Positions 10,092 to 20,805 of a stretch of 64,000 nt of DNA are shown piece by piece. The stretch is from Candidatus Binatia bacterium (GTDB lineage Bacteria > Desulfobacterota > Binatia > UBA1149 > CAITLU01). How positions within the stretch are numbered: position 1 is the first letter of the stretch; each line of letters begins with the position of its first letter. The notes below the pieces were generated by a model. The model was not told the DNA's origin. It saw only the letters and a list, made by a program, of their open reading frames with translations, and made no database searches. The stretch spans positions 23,811 to 87,810 of the forward strand of contig DASPNH010000127.1 of NCBI GenBank assembly GCA_035626675.1, written 5' to 3'. The translations under genes and the position numbers were made by a program.

Positions 10092-10684
10092 AGGACGTCC
10101 TCCTCACCGCGGCTCATGTGGACGATGTCCCACAGGATGTGCAGCAGAGTCTGGTGCGACTCCTGAATGCGGTGAATGCTGAAGCTCGGCACCACGAAGC
10201 AGAAGTCGCAGAACTCCAGCATGCGGCCACCGTCGCGTCCCGAGAAACCGACGGTGAGCATCCCGAGCTCGCGCGCGGCCTGGAGGCCGCGGTGGATGTT
10301 GGCGGACTGGCCGCTCGACGAGATCGCGAGCGCAATGTCGCCTGCGCGCGCGAGCAGGCGAAGCTGGTCGGCGAAGACGAGGCTGAACTGCTGGTCGTTG
10401 GCCGTCGCCGTCGTCAGGGCGGAACTGCTGCCGAGGCTGATGGCCGGCAGCGCCGGGCGCTTCTGGATGACCGGATGGACGAATTCGACGGCCAGATGCT
10501 CGGCATCGCAGGCGCTGCCGCCGTTGCCCATGACGAACAGGCGCGCCCCGCGATCGAACGCCGCTGCCATCTGGCAGCAGCACTCGGCGATCTGCGGCGC
10601 GAGCTGCGTGAAGAACGCCTCCTTGGTCGCAGCGCTCTCGCGCGCCTTGCGACGTACGGCTTCGGCCAGCGTCGCAGCGGTCAT
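10088..10684 (-). CDS. SIS-domain protein (phosphoheptose isomerase GmhA-like) embedded in the hyp operon
   Basis: [19 protein letters not shown] and [10 protein letters not shown] are SIS motifs. The ATGA overlap with the hypD stop and the GTGA overlap with the hypE start place it inside the operon. Confidence 0.7.
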   Translation of the reverse strand: MTAATLAEAVRRKARESAATKEAFFTQLAPQIAECCCQMAAAFDRGARLFVMGNGGSACDAEHLAVEFVHPVIQKRPALPAISLGSSSALTTATANDQQFSLVFADQLRLLARAGDIALAISSSGQSANIHRGLQAARELGMLTVGFSGRDGGRMLEFCDFCFVVPSFSIHRIQESHQTLLHILWDIVHMSRGEEDVL

Positions 10685-11775
10685 GGCGCAGCCGGCCTGC
10701 CGTAGCGATAGTATGCAGCGCACGCCCCTTCCGATGAGACCATCGTCGCCCCGAGCGGCGTCATGGGAGTGCAGGTGGATCCGTAGGCGGCGCAGTCCAT
10801 CGGACGCTTGAGGCCGCGCAGCACCTGCCCGCTGATGCACTCGCGCGGCTCGGCAGGCACGATGGCTTCGACCTCGAAGCGTTGCTCCGCATCCAGCTCG
10901 CGGTACTCATCGCTCAGCCGCAGCCCGCTCTTGGGAAGCAGCCCGATGCCTCGCCACTGGCGATCGCAAACCTCGAACACTTCCTGCAGGAGTCTGCGCG
11001 AGGCCGCATTGCCGCCGTCGCGAACCACGCGCGCGTACTGGTTCTCCACTCTGGCCTCGCCCTTTTCGAGCTGTCGCACCGCGCACAGCACCCCTTCGAG
11101 CAGATCGACGGGCTCGAATCCCGTCACCACGATCGGCGTGCGGTAGCGCGCACAGATGGGCGCGTACTCGCTCGTGCCCATGACGGTACAGACGTGCCCG
11201 GGGCCGAGGAAGGCCTGCACCCTGTTGCCGGGCGCCTGAAGAATGAACGCCAGTGCTGGCGGCACCATCACGTGCGAGACCAGCAGACTGAAGTTTGCCA
11301 GCCTTCGCTGCCTGGCAAGCCACGCCGCCATGGCATGGGCCGGCGCGGTGGTTTCGAAACCGACGGCGAAGAAGACGACCTGCCGGTCCGGATGCTCCTC
11401 GGCCAGACGGACGGCATCCAGCGGCGAGTAGAGGATGCGGATATCGCTTCCGGAGGCCTTGAGCCGCAGCAGGTCGCCGCGCGAACCGGGGATCCGCAGC
11501 ATGTCGCCGTAGGAGCAGAAGATCACTTCCGGCCGCGACGCGATATCGTGCGCCTTGTCGATCATCTCGAGCGAGGTCACGCACACCGGGCAGCCCGGGC
11601 CGTGCAGCAGCTCGATGCACTCGGGCAGGAGCTGGTCGAGCCCGTACTTGAGAATGGTGTGCGTCTGCCCGCCGCAAACCTCCATCAGCGTCCACCGGCG
11701 CGTCGCGGCGCGCTGGATCGCGTCCGCGAGCCGGCGCGCGGTGGGACCGTCGCGATACTCGTCGACGAACCTCAT
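10681..11775 (-). CDS. hypD: Hydrogenase maturation factor HypD
   Basis: MRFVDEYRD...EVCGGQTH and [10 protein letters not shown] are HypD signature CGxH and CPVC motifs. A C-terminal Cys cluster is present. Confidence 0.9.
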   Translation of the reverse strand: MRFVDEYRDGPTARRLADAIQRAATRRWTLMEVCGGQTHTILKYGLDQLLPECIELLHGPGCPVCVTSLEMIDKAHDIASRPEVIFCSYGDMLRIPGSRGDLLRLKASGSDIRILYSPLDAVRLAEEHPDRQVVFFAVGFETTAPAHAMAAWLARQRRLANFSLLVSHVMVPPALAFILQAPGNRVQAFLGPGHVCTVMGTSEYAPICARYRTPIVVTGFEPVDLLEGVLCAVRQLEKGEARVENQYARVVRDGGNAASRRLLQEVFEVCDRQWRGIGLLPKSGLRLSDEYRELDAEQRFEVEAIVPAEPRECISGQVLRGLKRPMDCAAYGSTCTPMTPLGATMVSSEGACAAYYRYGRPAAP

Positions 11776-12023
11776 TCGGCCAACTTCTCGAAGCCGTCCA
11801 TTTCGTCGAGCTCGCGCATCAATGCGAAGATCCTGTTCGCCTCCTCCTCGTCGATGCGAGACAGCGCGAATCCGACGTGCACCAGCACGTACTCTCCCGG
11901 CTGCGTCTCGGGAACGTGCTCCAGGCAGACGCTGCGGCACACACCTCCGAAGTCGACCACCGCCGTGAGCAGCTCGCGCTCGCGCCTGACCTCGAGCACC
12001 TTTGCCGGGACGCCGAGACACAT
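11772..12023 (-). CDS. hypC: Hydrogenase maturation factor HypC
   Basis: MCLGVPAKV is the conserved HypC N-terminal MC(L/I)(G/A)(I/V)P motif. The protein is 83 aa. The ATGA overlap with hypD supports the start. Confidence 0.85.
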   Translation of the reverse strand: MCLGVPAKVLEVRRERELLTAVVDFGGVCRSVCLEHVPETQPGEYVLVHVGFALSRIDEEEANRIFALMRELDEMDGFEKLAE

Positions 12024-14452
12024 TATGCGATCTCCCCGAGGACTGCCGCTGCGACCGCGAGCTGTCCGAGCGAAAGCCCGCCATCATTGGCAGGGACGCG
12101 CCTGTGCGTGTGCACGCGCACTCCGGTCATTTCGAGCCTGCGCTCGGCCATCTCCAGAAGCAGAACGTTTTGAAAAACCCCGCCCGTCAGCACGACGTCC
12201 TCTATGCCCGTCTGGTGCCGAAGACGAGCCACGACGGAGGCGATGACGTCTGCGAGCGTGGTATGAAACCTCCGAGCTAGCTGTGCTTTGGGGATGTCGT
12301 TGCTGACGCCCTGCATCATGGCTCGGAAGAGTGGTCGGGTATCGACGACAATCGCGCCGTCGTCGCCACTGATCCCGAACGGGAAGGCAGCCTCGTCGTC
12401 GGCTGCGGCTGCCAGCCATTCCAGCTCCATCGCGGCCTGCCCCTCATACGTAACCTCGCGGCGCACTCGCAGCAGCGCAGCAGCCGCGTCGAACAGCCGT
12501 CCCACGCTGGAGGTAACCGGCGAATGCATTCCCGTGCGGATCATCGTGCGCACGTTGCCGAGGAGCTGACCAGGCAGATCGGCGAATTGCCGCTCCGGCT
12601 CCTGACCGCAATCCATCAGGTGCGCGACCGCTACGCGCCACGGCTGGCGAGCTGCCTGATCGCCGCCGGCCAGGCGCACCGGTCGCATATGCGCCGCACG
12701 CCGGAAGCCTCGATAGTCGCCGACCAGGAACTCGCCTCCCCACAGCGTGCCGTCGCTGCCGTAGCCGGTCCCGTCGAATGCGACCGCAATGACGGGACCG
12801 GCCAGGCCGTTCTCGGCCATGCAGCTCGCCATGTGCGCGTGATGGTGTTGCACCGCGACGATGTGCAGGTCCGGACTGCGGCTCTTGCGCTCCAGTGCGT
12901 AGCGGGTCGTGGCGTAATCGGGATGCAGGTCGCGGACCAGAAGCTGCGGCTCGAAATCGAACAGCGCTTCGTAGTGCGCCACCGACTCGCGAAATGCGCG
13001 AAAGGCGCTCCAGTCCCCGAGATCACCGAGATGATGGCTGAGGACCACCGTACGGCTTCGCGCCATGGCAAAGGTATTCTTGAGATGCCCGCCGAGCGCG
13101 AGGATCGGCCGCGGACACGACATCGGCAGGAACACCGGTTCCGGCGCGTGGCCTCGTGATCGCCGCAGGATGGAAGGCCGACCGCGGACGATGCGAGCGA
13201 CGGAATCGTCGCATCGAACACGAATGGGACGATCGTGCGACAGGAAGCCGTCGGCGATGCCGCGCAGGCGCCGTCGCGCGTCCAGGTCCTGGTAGGCAAT
13301 GGGCTCGTCGCACAGGTTCGCGCTGGTCAGGACGAGGGGCCGGCCTGCTTCCTGCATCAGCAAAGTGTGCAGCGGCGTGTAGGGCAGCATGAGGCCGAGC
13401 AGCGGATTGCCCGGCGCGACCGCGGCAGCGATTCCGGACCCGTCGCGGCGCCGAAGAAGTACGATCGGCCGGCGCGGAGACGAAAGCAGCTCGGCTTCGT
13501 CCGCGGACACGTGACACGACCGCCGTGCCGCTTCGAGGTCCGCCACCATCACGGCAAAGGCTTTGTCGTCCCTGTGCTTGCGTGCTCGCAGCCTCTGCGT
13601 GGCGGTCTCGCTCGTCGCATCGCAGGCCAGATGGAAGCCTCCCAGTCCCTTGACCGCGACGACACTTCCCGACAGCAGCAGCTGACGGCACCAGCTGATC
13701 GGCGAGGACGACAGTGGGCGACCTTCGCTGTCGTGTGCGACCAGACGAGGGCCGCACGCCGGACATGCGATGGCCTGCGCATGAAACCGTCGCGCGTAAG
13801 GATCGTCGTACTCGCTCCTGCAATCTCCGCACATGGGGAACCCGGCCATGGTGGTATTGGGCCGGTCGTAGGGCGGACGGCACAGGATCGTGAAACGCGG
13901 ACCGCAGTGCGCGCAGTTGAGGAAGGGATAGCCGTAGCGCCGGTCGCCGCGAGCCGACAGTTCCTCGAGGCAGGCGTCGCACGTGGCGACATCGGCGGAG
14001 TAATGGCGCTCTCCGCTGCGGTCGCAGCCTTCACTGTCGGCGATTACGAACTCGCGCGAACCTCGCGCCGCAAGCGTCTCGGTCTCCATACGCTCGATGC
14101 GCGCGAGCGAGGGACAGTCGGAAACCACCAGATCCTCGAAGGAGGCAACCGCGGCGGCCTCGCCTTCGACTTCGATCAGGACGCCGTCGATGCAGTTGCG
14201 GACGAAGCCGCTCACCCCGAGCCTGCCCGCCAGCGCGAAGACGAAAGGCCGAAATCCGACGCCTTGAACGATGCCGCGCACGAAGATGGAGCGCCGCCCC
14301 AACACGTGGCGCGGCGTGGGAACGGCAATCCCCGTCGGTCGCGCTACCGCGATGCTCGTGCAGTCCGTTTCGGAGGCGGTCGTCTCCGCGGTCACCGGCG
14401 TGCCAACGCTCGTCGTCTGCCCTTGCCGCGCAGTCTCGTACCTACCGGGCAT
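12023..14452 (-). CDS. hypF: Carbamoyltransferase HypF
   Basis: The acylphosphatase domain ([11 protein letters not shown]), two Zn-finger CxxC pairs (CDAC...CAHCGPRFT), a YrdC-like domain and a Kae1-like domain are all present. The true start may be internal (around 14305, GTG before RRSIFVRG), giving a normal-length N-terminus. Confidence 0.88.
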   Translation of the reverse strand: MPGRYETARQGQTTSVGTPVTAETTASETDCTSIAVARPTGIAVPTPRHVLGRRSIFVRGIVQGVGFRPFVFALAGRLGVSGFVRNCIDGVLIEVEGEAAAVASFEDLVVSDCPSLARIERMETETLAARGSREFVIADSEGCDRSGERHYSADVATCDACLEELSARGDRRYGYPFLNCAHCGPRFTILCRPPYDRPNTTMAGFPMCGDCRSEYDDPYARRFHAQAIACPACGPRLVAHDSEGRPLSSSPISWCRQLLLSGSVVAVKGLGGFHLACDATSETATQRLRARKHRDDKAFAVMVADLEAARRSCHVSADEAELLSSPRRPIVLLRRRDGSGIAAAVAPGNPLLGLMLPYTPLHTLLMQEAGRPLVLTSANLCDEPIAYQDLDARRRLRGIADGFLSHDRPIRVRCDDSVARIVRGRPSILRRSRGHAPEPVFLPMSCPRPILALGGHLKNTFAMARSRTVVLSHHLGDLGDWSAFRAFRESVAHYEALFDFEPQLLVRDLHPDYATTRYALERKSRSPDLHIVAVQHHHAHMASCMAENGLAGPVIAVAFDGTGYGSDGTLWGGEFLVGDYRGFRRAAHMRPVRLAGGDQAARQPWRVAVAHLMDCGQEPERQFADLPGQLLGNVRTMIRTGMHSPVTSSVGRLFDAAAALLRVRREVTYEGQAAMELEWLAAAADDEAAFPFGISGDDGAIVVDTRPLFRAMMQGVSNDIPKAQLARRFHTTLADVIASVVARLRHQTGIEDVVLTGGVFQNVLLLEMAERRLEMTGVRVHTHRRVPANDGGLSLGQLAVAAAVLGEIA

Positions 14453-14646
14453 GGCGAGGGCCTAGCTATGCGCGGCTTTCCTCCATGGCAAGGCGAAAAG
14501 CCGTCCTCGCGCCGATCAGCGCGCCGCTGCGTCAGCCAAGGCCTCGGTGCGACGAGCGTCGCGCTGGCGGCCGTTGCCGGGGTGGTCGGCCGGATCGCCG
14601 GCGGTTTGCTGCCACGCCGGGGCTCGTGACGATGTCTGCTCCGAAA

Positions 14647-15129
14647 TCAGCCGCGGTGCGCGGCTTCGATGGCGGCGATGTCGATCTTTCCCATGTGCAT
14701 CATCGCTTCGAAGGCGCGAGCTGCAGCGGCGCCATCGGGATCGTTGATCGCCCTGGTCAATGCGATCGGCGTGATCTGCCAGCTCAGTCCCCACTTGTCC
14801 TTGCACCAGCCGCACGCACTTTCCTGCCCTCCGTTGCCGACGATCGCGTTCCAGTAGCGGTCCGTTTCGGCCTGGTCGGTGGTGGCAACCTGAAAGGAGA
14901 AGGCCTCGGTGTGCCGGAACTCGGGGCCGCCGTTGAGCCCGAGGCACGGGATTCCGAGCACCGTGAACTCGACCGTCAGCACGTCGCCTTTCTTGCCGGC
15001 AGGGTAGTTGCCGGGTGCACGATGGACCGCGATCACTGACGAATCCGGAAAGGTCTCGGCGTAGAAACGCGCGGCTTCTTCGGCGTCCCCGTCATACCAG
15101 AGACAGATCGTGTTCTTTGCAGGGGTCAT
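14647..15129 (-). CDS. VOC/glyoxalase-superfamily protein, PhnB-like (3-demethylubiquinone-9 3-methyltransferase-like domain)
   Basis: MTPAKNTICLWYDGDAEEAARFYAETF is the typical PhnB/PF06983 N-terminus. The ATG at 15129 was confirmed in the sequence. Confidence 0.7.
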   Translation of the reverse strand: MTPAKNTICLWYDGDAEEAARFYAETFPDSSVIAVHRAPGNYPAGKKGDVLTVEFTVLGIPCLGLNGGPEFRHTEAFSFQVATTDQAETDRYWNAIVGNGGQESACGWCKDKWGLSWQITPIALTRAINDPDGAAAARAFEAMMHMGKIDIAAIEAAHRG

Positions 15130-15265
15130 CGTTTCACCAACTCCATGATCGTTGCGCTGTTTGACGCGTGTGTTCGGCCAGGCCACCTGCCGCACGCATG
15201 GCCTTGATCGACCCGATGGCGGACCCGCTTCGAGATCCTCGTCAGGCTGCTCGAGCAGCGCTACC

Positions 15266-17140
15266 TCAAGGTGCCACGATATCCAGCAGATCGGCGATCG
15301 TCTCGCCTATGAGGTGAGTGGCTGCACCGAGCTCTCCGGACATCTGGCAATCCGGTCCGCTGTCCGCCTTGATCCACGCCGCGACCAGCTTGTCGGCGGC
15401 CTTGGCAATGCACTGCTGGCTCGGGTCGACGCCTTTCTTGATCGCTTTCGAGTGACACTTGAGCTGACCGGCGGCGTTCTTGCCCGCAGCGCGCAGCTTG
15501 GCCGACGTGCACAGGCTCGGGCCCGGGCCGGTCTGCAGCAGCGCGGGCAGGTCGGATGAAGCTGCGCCGTCGAACTGGTCCACGCTCGCCTGCACCGCGG
15601 CCAGCTCCGCCTCGGTGAGACAATCGCCGTCGTAGAGCTTCGCCCACGCGCTCGCGAGCTTGTCCGACGCCTTCGTGAAGCACTCGGATTCGGGAGCCTC
15701 GCCCGCTTTGACCGCAGTCGCGTGGCACTTGGCGAACGAGGAGCTGATCTTGGCGATTGCACGCAGCTGCTTCGATGTGCATTTGCTGAGCGGCGGCGGC
15801 GCGTTCGCGATCTCGACCGAATCCGTGCCGGCGTCCGTGGTTCCGACCTTGGCCTGAACCGTGGTCGTCCAGGGGCCATCGCCGGCGAGCGTCATTCGGA
15901 AGCACAGACCGAGCGGCCCCACGGGCGTCCTCGCGTACGAGGTCTGGGCCGAACCGAAGTGCGAGGGGTGTGCGATGAAGTCCAGCGTACCCGTGCTGCC
16001 AACCGCGGGCAGCTCTGCCGAGTTGCCCTGGCCCACCGAGGAGCCGGGCAGAACGCAGTCCGGGTGTTCGATCAGTCCGCCGTAAACGGCGCCCGGCGGC
16101 AGGGTCACGTGAAAGGAGTCGATCCACGTATTCGTGGGGTCCGGAGCCGACAGGAACGCGCGAACGACAACCTCTTCGCCCGGGTCCGCCGATGCCGGCT
16201 CGGAGACGACCGTCATGGACAATGGATTGTGCGGCGCCGGAAAGCTCTGGTCGGCCGGCGTGGATTCGACGGAACCGTAATTGCCCGAGTACTTGTAGTT
16301 GAAGCCCGCCGCATGAGTCGCGGCCAGCGGCAGGACATTGGTCCCGGTGCCGGTCGAGCACAGCGTGCGGTATTCGTAGCGCATGACGACCTGGTTGCCC
16401 GATCCGGCCTGAGACGAAGCAGCCTGGAACACCAGCTCCGAAACCGAGGCCTCCGGCACCGCGTCCAGCTCTGAGGACAGGACGGTGGCGCCGACCAGCT
16501 CATGGCAGCCCGCGTCGAAGTCCGCGTTGCCCGCAGGCTGGAAGTGGATGACGTCTCCGGTGCTGATGCTCCCGAATTCGTACGTCACCTCGTGAAAGGA
16601 GATCTGTCCGAGCGCACGCGACCCATCGGGCACGTCGCTGGCCAGGATCTGCCCGCCGGCGATGGCAGGGATGCCCGAGCGGGTCGTCAGCACGTCGCTG
16701 CTGGGGACCGTGCCGGGCTCAGCGTCGGCGGCCGTGACCTCGCTCGTCCAGGGACTGAGCACGGTGCAGGGATACTGGACGTGCCAGGTAACGCGCTTGG
16801 CCTCGCTGTCCCCGAAGTTGCCGAGGTATTTGGTGGCGACGTCGCCGCCCGCCAGTGAGAACCCGGACACGAAGCCGCCGAGAGTCGCCGAAACCCCGGC
16901 CAGGGGTGCACCGGAGGTGTTCGCGATTTCATAGCCGATCCGGGCCGTTCTCGGACCGGCGGTACAGGGCATGTTCGCGTCGAGGATCAGGTCGGCGTCG
17001 GTGAACATCGTGATGGCGACGTCGCCGGGCGAGAGGGCGTAACTGGTGGCGACGCCGAAGAAGACGGGGATTGCCAGTGTGAAAAAGTGGCCAGCAAGGC
17101 GGTGGAGCCTGCAGGAACGAAGAACCGACGAGTCGCGCAT
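15266..17140 (-). CDS. Exported protein of unknown function with a C-terminal duplicated 4-Cys, Lys/Ala-rich module
   Basis: The signal peptide is MRDSSVLRSCRLHRLAGHFFTLAIPVFFGVATSYA. A large beta-rich middle region follows. The C-terminus has two tandem about 50-aa repeats of the form C-x3-K-x-LRA...KCH-x-KA-x-K-xG...C-x-xKA-xDKL-x-xAW-xK...DC. Confidence 0.6.
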   Translation of the reverse strand: MRDSSVLRSCRLHRLAGHFFTLAIPVFFGVATSYALSPGDVAITMFTDADLILDANMPCTAGPRTARIGYEIANTSGAPLAGVSATLGGFVSGFSLAGGDVATKYLGNFGDSEAKRVTWHVQYPCTVLSPWTSEVTAADAEPGTVPSSDVLTTRSGIPAIAGGQILASDVPDGSRALGQISFHEVTYEFGSISTGDVIHFQPAGNADFDAGCHELVGATVLSSELDAVPEASVSELVFQAASSQAGSGNQVVMRYEYRTLCSTGTGTNVLPLAATHAAGFNYKYSGNYGSVESTPADQSFPAPHNPLSMTVVSEPASADPGEEVVVRAFLSAPDPTNTWIDSFHVTLPPGAVYGGLIEHPDCVLPGSSVGQGNSAELPAVGSTGTLDFIAHPSHFGSAQTSYARTPVGPLGLCFRMTLAGDGPWTTTVQAKVGTTDAGTDSVEIANAPPPLSKCTSKQLRAIAKISSSFAKCHATAVKAGEAPESECFTKASDKLASAWAKLYDGDCLTEAELAAVQASVDQFDGAASSDLPALLQTGPGPSLCTSAKLRAAGKNAAGQLKCHSKAIKKGVDPSQQCIAKAADKLVAAWIKADSGPDCQMSGELGAATHLIGETIADLLDIVAP

Positions 17141-17279
17141 CAACCCCTCCGAACCGGTTCGATCACTGTGGAGGCGGGGCAGGTTAGAGCGCCACGCGGG
17201 TCGCGTCAACGCCGTTGCGGGGCGATGCGTACCGGCGCTCGTCGCGACGCCGAGACGCAGCGAGCGCTACCGAAAGCCG

Positions 17280-19811
17280 TCAGCTCCCGGCGGTGGCACG
17301 CGCCTCGCGCACCGCTGCATCGAAGCGTTGCGATTGGATCTCGAAGCAGCGCGTCAGCTCGGTCATCAGCGTTTCCGTGCTCACCGGCTTGACCAGATGC
17401 GCATCGAAGCCGGCATCGCGCGTGCGACGCCGGTCTTTGTCCTGACCCCAGCCGGTCAGCGCCATCAAGATGATCTCCCTGCCCCAGGGCTGTTCCCGGA
17501 TGCGACGGCAGGCCTCATAACCGTTGAGCTTGGGCATACCGAGGTCGATCAGGGCGACGTGCGGCTTGTTCCGCTCTACCGCCTCGATGCCCGCCAGGCC
17601 GTCATGCGCGGTCCATACCTCGTTGCCAAGAACACGCAGCAGCATCGCCAGCGATTCGGCCGAGTCTTCGTTGTCGTCCACGATCAAGATGCGGCGTCTT
17701 TCCGGCCTCTGCTCCTGTTTCAGGTGCTCGTCTTCCACATCGGCGAGCGCGGGTGTGACGTCCGTGGCGAGCGGCAATCGCACGACGAAGCGGCTGCCCT
17801 TTCCGGGCCCGTCGCTGAACGCCTCCACTGTTCCGCCCTGAAGCCGCACCAGCCGATCGACGAGCGACAGTCCGATCCCCAGACCGTTGCGGGACCGTTC
17901 CAGCGAGGTGTCGACCTGGTAGAAGACCTCGAAGACGTGCGGGAGCTTGTCTTCGGCTATCCCGATGCCGTTGTCGGCGACGGCGATCGTGACATGGTCG
18001 CCGTCACGTTCCGCGGTGAGCCGGATGTCCCCACCCGGTTCCGTATACTTCGCCGCGTTGTTCAGCAGGTTCGTCAGAACCTGAGCATTCCGGACCGGGT
18101 CCGCCATCAACGGCAACGGCTCGTCTGGCATGGAAACGGTCAGCTGATGTCCGGCGCTCTTGATCGCCGGCAGGCTGGCTTCGACTGCGGTCCGAACCAG
18201 GTCCGCAACGTCGACCGCCTCATTTCGCAGCTCGACCTTGTTTCGCGTGATGCGTGACAGGTCCAGAAGGTCATCGATCAGACGTATGAGGTGGTCGATC
18301 TGCCGATCGATCAGTCCTCGCGCGGTGACGCAGTCCGGATCCGGCGACCCCCGCAGATTGAGAAGCTGCACCGCATTGCGAACAGGAGCCAGTGGATTGC
18401 GAAGCTCGTGGGCGAGCGTAGCCAGAAATTCGTTCTTGCGGGCGTCGGCCTCGCGAAGCTCCTCCAACAGCCGCAGGCGTTCGCAAGCGCCGGCGGCATA
18501 CTGCGTCACGGTCTGCAGGAACGCCGCGTCCTCGTCGCCGAGTCCGCCGGGAGTACGGCTCAGAAACGCCACCGTGCCCAGCAACCTGCCGTCGGACATC
18601 AGCGGATAGCTCGCGTAGGTCCGCAGTCCCTCGCGCGCCGCCCACTCGAGTCCTTCGTGCCCGGTGACGTCATTCTCTATCGACGGGCTGCCTGTTCGAG
18701 CCACCTTGCCGCAGATACCCGAACCTTTCTCCACTCGCGCTGCGGCCAGGGCGGCTTCCTGCGAAATGCCGGCGTAGGAGGCGAGGGTCAGGGTGTTTCG
18801 CGAGTCGCTTCCCACGTAATTCAAGTAGGCGTCGAGCCCGAGATGAGGCCCGACCTTTTGAAACATATGTTGCAGCATCTGATGGACGTCGGCCGAGGTG
18901 AGCAGCAGCGAGGCGACCTCCGACAGCAACTGCAGTCTCTCGGTCTGCCTCTCCAGGCGCAGCTCGGCGACGCGCCTTTCGCTGACGTCGCGGGTGAAGC
19001 AGCGCGTGTGGACGAAGGAGCCGTTGTCCCAGAGAACGTTGGAGGAGATCAGGACGTGGCGTGTCGACCCGTTCTTGCAACGCAGGCGGGCGGGATAGCT
19101 GTGGATCTCCTCGCCGGCCTGGAGGCGACGAAGAATGTCGTCGATCGCGTCCTGATCGACGTGGAAGCGCGCGATGTGCTGGCCTACGTACTCCTCGGCG
19201 GTATACCCGAGAAGATCGAGCTCGGCGCGATTGGCGCGCAGGATCGTCCCGTCGGACCCGACCCAGTGAAGTCCGACGGTGGCGTTATCGAAGAAGTCGG
19301 CGAGCTCGCGCTCGCTGCGCTCGCGTCGATCATCGGCATGCTTGCGCTCGAGCGCGGCCGCCATCTGACCGGCTCCGACGCTCAGCAACATGCGCTCTAC
19401 GTCCGTGGGAAAGCCGGAGCGGGCGCTGCCGGCCGCGACGAAGCCCTGCAGCATCGGTAGATGGAACCCGGCCGTGGCCACCTTGACCATCCCACGGTCC
19501 TGCATCGGATGGGGAATAGCCTCGGGCAGCTCGGAGAGACTCGTCAGATGGACGGGAAACCAGGCCGAGATCGCTGCCAGGTCGCTTCCGAATTCGTCGC
19601 GCGCGCGCCCCACTCGAAAGACGCGTCCCGTGCCGTTCTCGTACGCGAAAACGTACACGAAGTCGGCGACGAGCATGGGATGCAGGGCGTCGGCCAGGAT
19701 CTCTGCGATGCCGTCGACCGAGCGGCCAGACCATAGCGCCGTCAGCGACGAGAGCGCCACGAGATCGCGCATGCCGCGCCGAAGCTCAGCCTGCTCGTCG
19801 TGGGCGCTCAT
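17280..19811 (-). CDS. Hybrid sensor histidine kinase / response regulator (GAF-PAS-GAF-HisKA-HATPase-REC)
   Basis: The H-box is ATLAHELRNPL. HATPase motifs are NLLNNAAKYT and DNGIGI. The C-terminal receiver is RILIVDDNEDSAE...DLGMPKLNGYE...KPV. Confidence 0.85.
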   Translation of the reverse strand: MSAHDEQAELRRGMRDLVALSSLTALWSGRSVDGIAEILADALHPMLVADFVYVFAYENGTGRVFRVGRARDEFGSDLAAISAWFPVHLTSLSELPEAIPHPMQDRGMVKVATAGFHLPMLQGFVAAGSARSGFPTDVERMLLSVGAGQMAAALERKHADDRRERSERELADFFDNATVGLHWVGSDGTILRANRAELDLLGYTAEEYVGQHIARFHVDQDAIDDILRRLQAGEEIHSYPARLRCKNGSTRHVLISSNVLWDNGSFVHTRCFTRDVSERRVAELRLERQTERLQLLSEVASLLLTSADVHQMLQHMFQKVGPHLGLDAYLNYVGSDSRNTLTLASYAGISQEAALAAARVEKGSGICGKVARTGSPSIENDVTGHEGLEWAAREGLRTYASYPLMSDGRLLGTVAFLSRTPGGLGDEDAAFLQTVTQYAAGACERLRLLEELREADARKNEFLATLAHELRNPLAPVRNAVQLLNLRGSPDPDCVTARGLIDRQIDHLIRLIDDLLDLSRITRNKVELRNEAVDVADLVRTAVEASLPAIKSAGHQLTVSMPDEPLPLMADPVRNAQVLTNLLNNAAKYTEPGGDIRLTAERDGDHVTIAVADNGIGIAEDKLPHVFEVFYQVDTSLERSRNGLGIGLSLVDRLVRLQGGTVEAFSDGPGKGSRFVVRLPLATDVTPALADVEDEHLKQEQRPERRRILIVDDNEDSAESLAMLLRVLGNEVWTAHDGLAGIEAVERNKPHVALIDLGMPKLNGYEACRRIREQPWGREIILMALTGWGQDKDRRRTRDAGFDAHLVKPVSTETLMTELTRCFEIQSQRFDAAVREARATAGS

Positions 19812-19832
19812 GAGCTTGCAGCCGAGTTACGA

Positions 19833-20453
19833 TCAGGCAACGGCGCGGCGTTCCCTGAGCTCGGCGAGCATCTGGTCGGGTGGCACGAAAAACGGGTTCT
19901 CCTGCAAGACGCCTCCGAGAATGACCAACGGGTGAGTCCGCAGGATATCGATCACCACATCCGCACCGAAGCGGGACAGATCGTAGGTGCAGCAGACCGG
20001 ATCGTCATACTTGGTCAGGACATGGTTGAGGCGTGTTTCGTAAACGACGAGGTCTTCGACGCCCTTCCGGTCTTCGCGTGCCCACTCCATGTCCGCGACC
20101 AGGCGAGTAGCAGAGAAGCCGTCGTTCTTTCCCTCGGTCAGCACTTCCTCGATGAGCGCGAGCATCCGCTCCTGGTCGAAATGGCCATCTCGGAGATAGG
20201 CCTGATCCCACACCCGCATCTCGAGCTGGCCCGTCTGCTGCGTCGCAGCGACGTCGATGCCCGCACTTGCCAGCCGTTCGCGATGCGGCTCGAGGTTGTC
20301 GGGATTGACGATGTGAAAGGCCTTCTGGTGTCGGTCGAAACCCTCGGAGATGAACGGAAGCAGTATGCGGTACTCCTCCTCCTTGGAGTGAAAGAACGCG
20401 CAGATATGAGGCGAGTACTTCAACGTGGCATTGGCCAGCTCGATATTCCCCAT
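19833..20453 (-). CDS. MEDS-domain protein (methanogen/methylotroph DcmR sensory domain)
   Basis: The HICAFFHSKEEEYRILLPFISEG pattern and overall layout are typical of MEDS proteins. The gene lies immediately upstream of, and is co-oriented with, the hybrid kinase with a 21-bp gap. Confidence 0.6.
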   Translation of the reverse strand: MGNIELANATLKYSPHICAFFHSKEEEYRILLPFISEGFDRHQKAFHIVNPDNLEPHRERLASAGIDVAATQQTGQLEMRVWDQAYLRDGHFDQERMLALIEEVLTEGKNDGFSATRLVADMEWAREDRKGVEDLVVYETRLNHVLTKYDDPVCCTYDLSRFGADVVIDILRTHPLVILGGVLQENPFFVPPDQMLAELRERRAVA

Positions 20454-20805
20454 GAAAACTCCCTCCGGAATGCCGACGCGAATTCGTTCTCTCGCCGAAG
20501 AGGCGTGCACGACGAAACAGACCCACCGCATTCACGCCCAACGCCCGCCAACCTGGCGATTTCACCCCCAAGCAAACCTTCCGTGCGGCCAATTTGCAAC
20601 CTGTTCCCTTCGGCGGAGCCGGCGCAAAGCAGAGCGCGGATGGGTAGGCCGAAGCGGTCCGTGATGCGCAGGCTCTGGCCACAGCCGTCCTTCGACGCCA
20701 CGGCCGAGCCTTGCGTGTCGGTCATGCGCCGGCGCGGTCGTTCGGTGTGCACTTCGAGCATGTCGTGGCGGCACCTGCTGTCACGGTGTCCGCCGTGTCG
20801 TGCGC

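Noticed and set aside
12524-13982. Multiple 200-320-aa ORFs on both strands inside hypF
   Set aside because: They overlap the unambiguous HypF frame, which carries acylphosphatase, Zn-finger, YrdC and Kae1 motifs. Their composition is junk-like.
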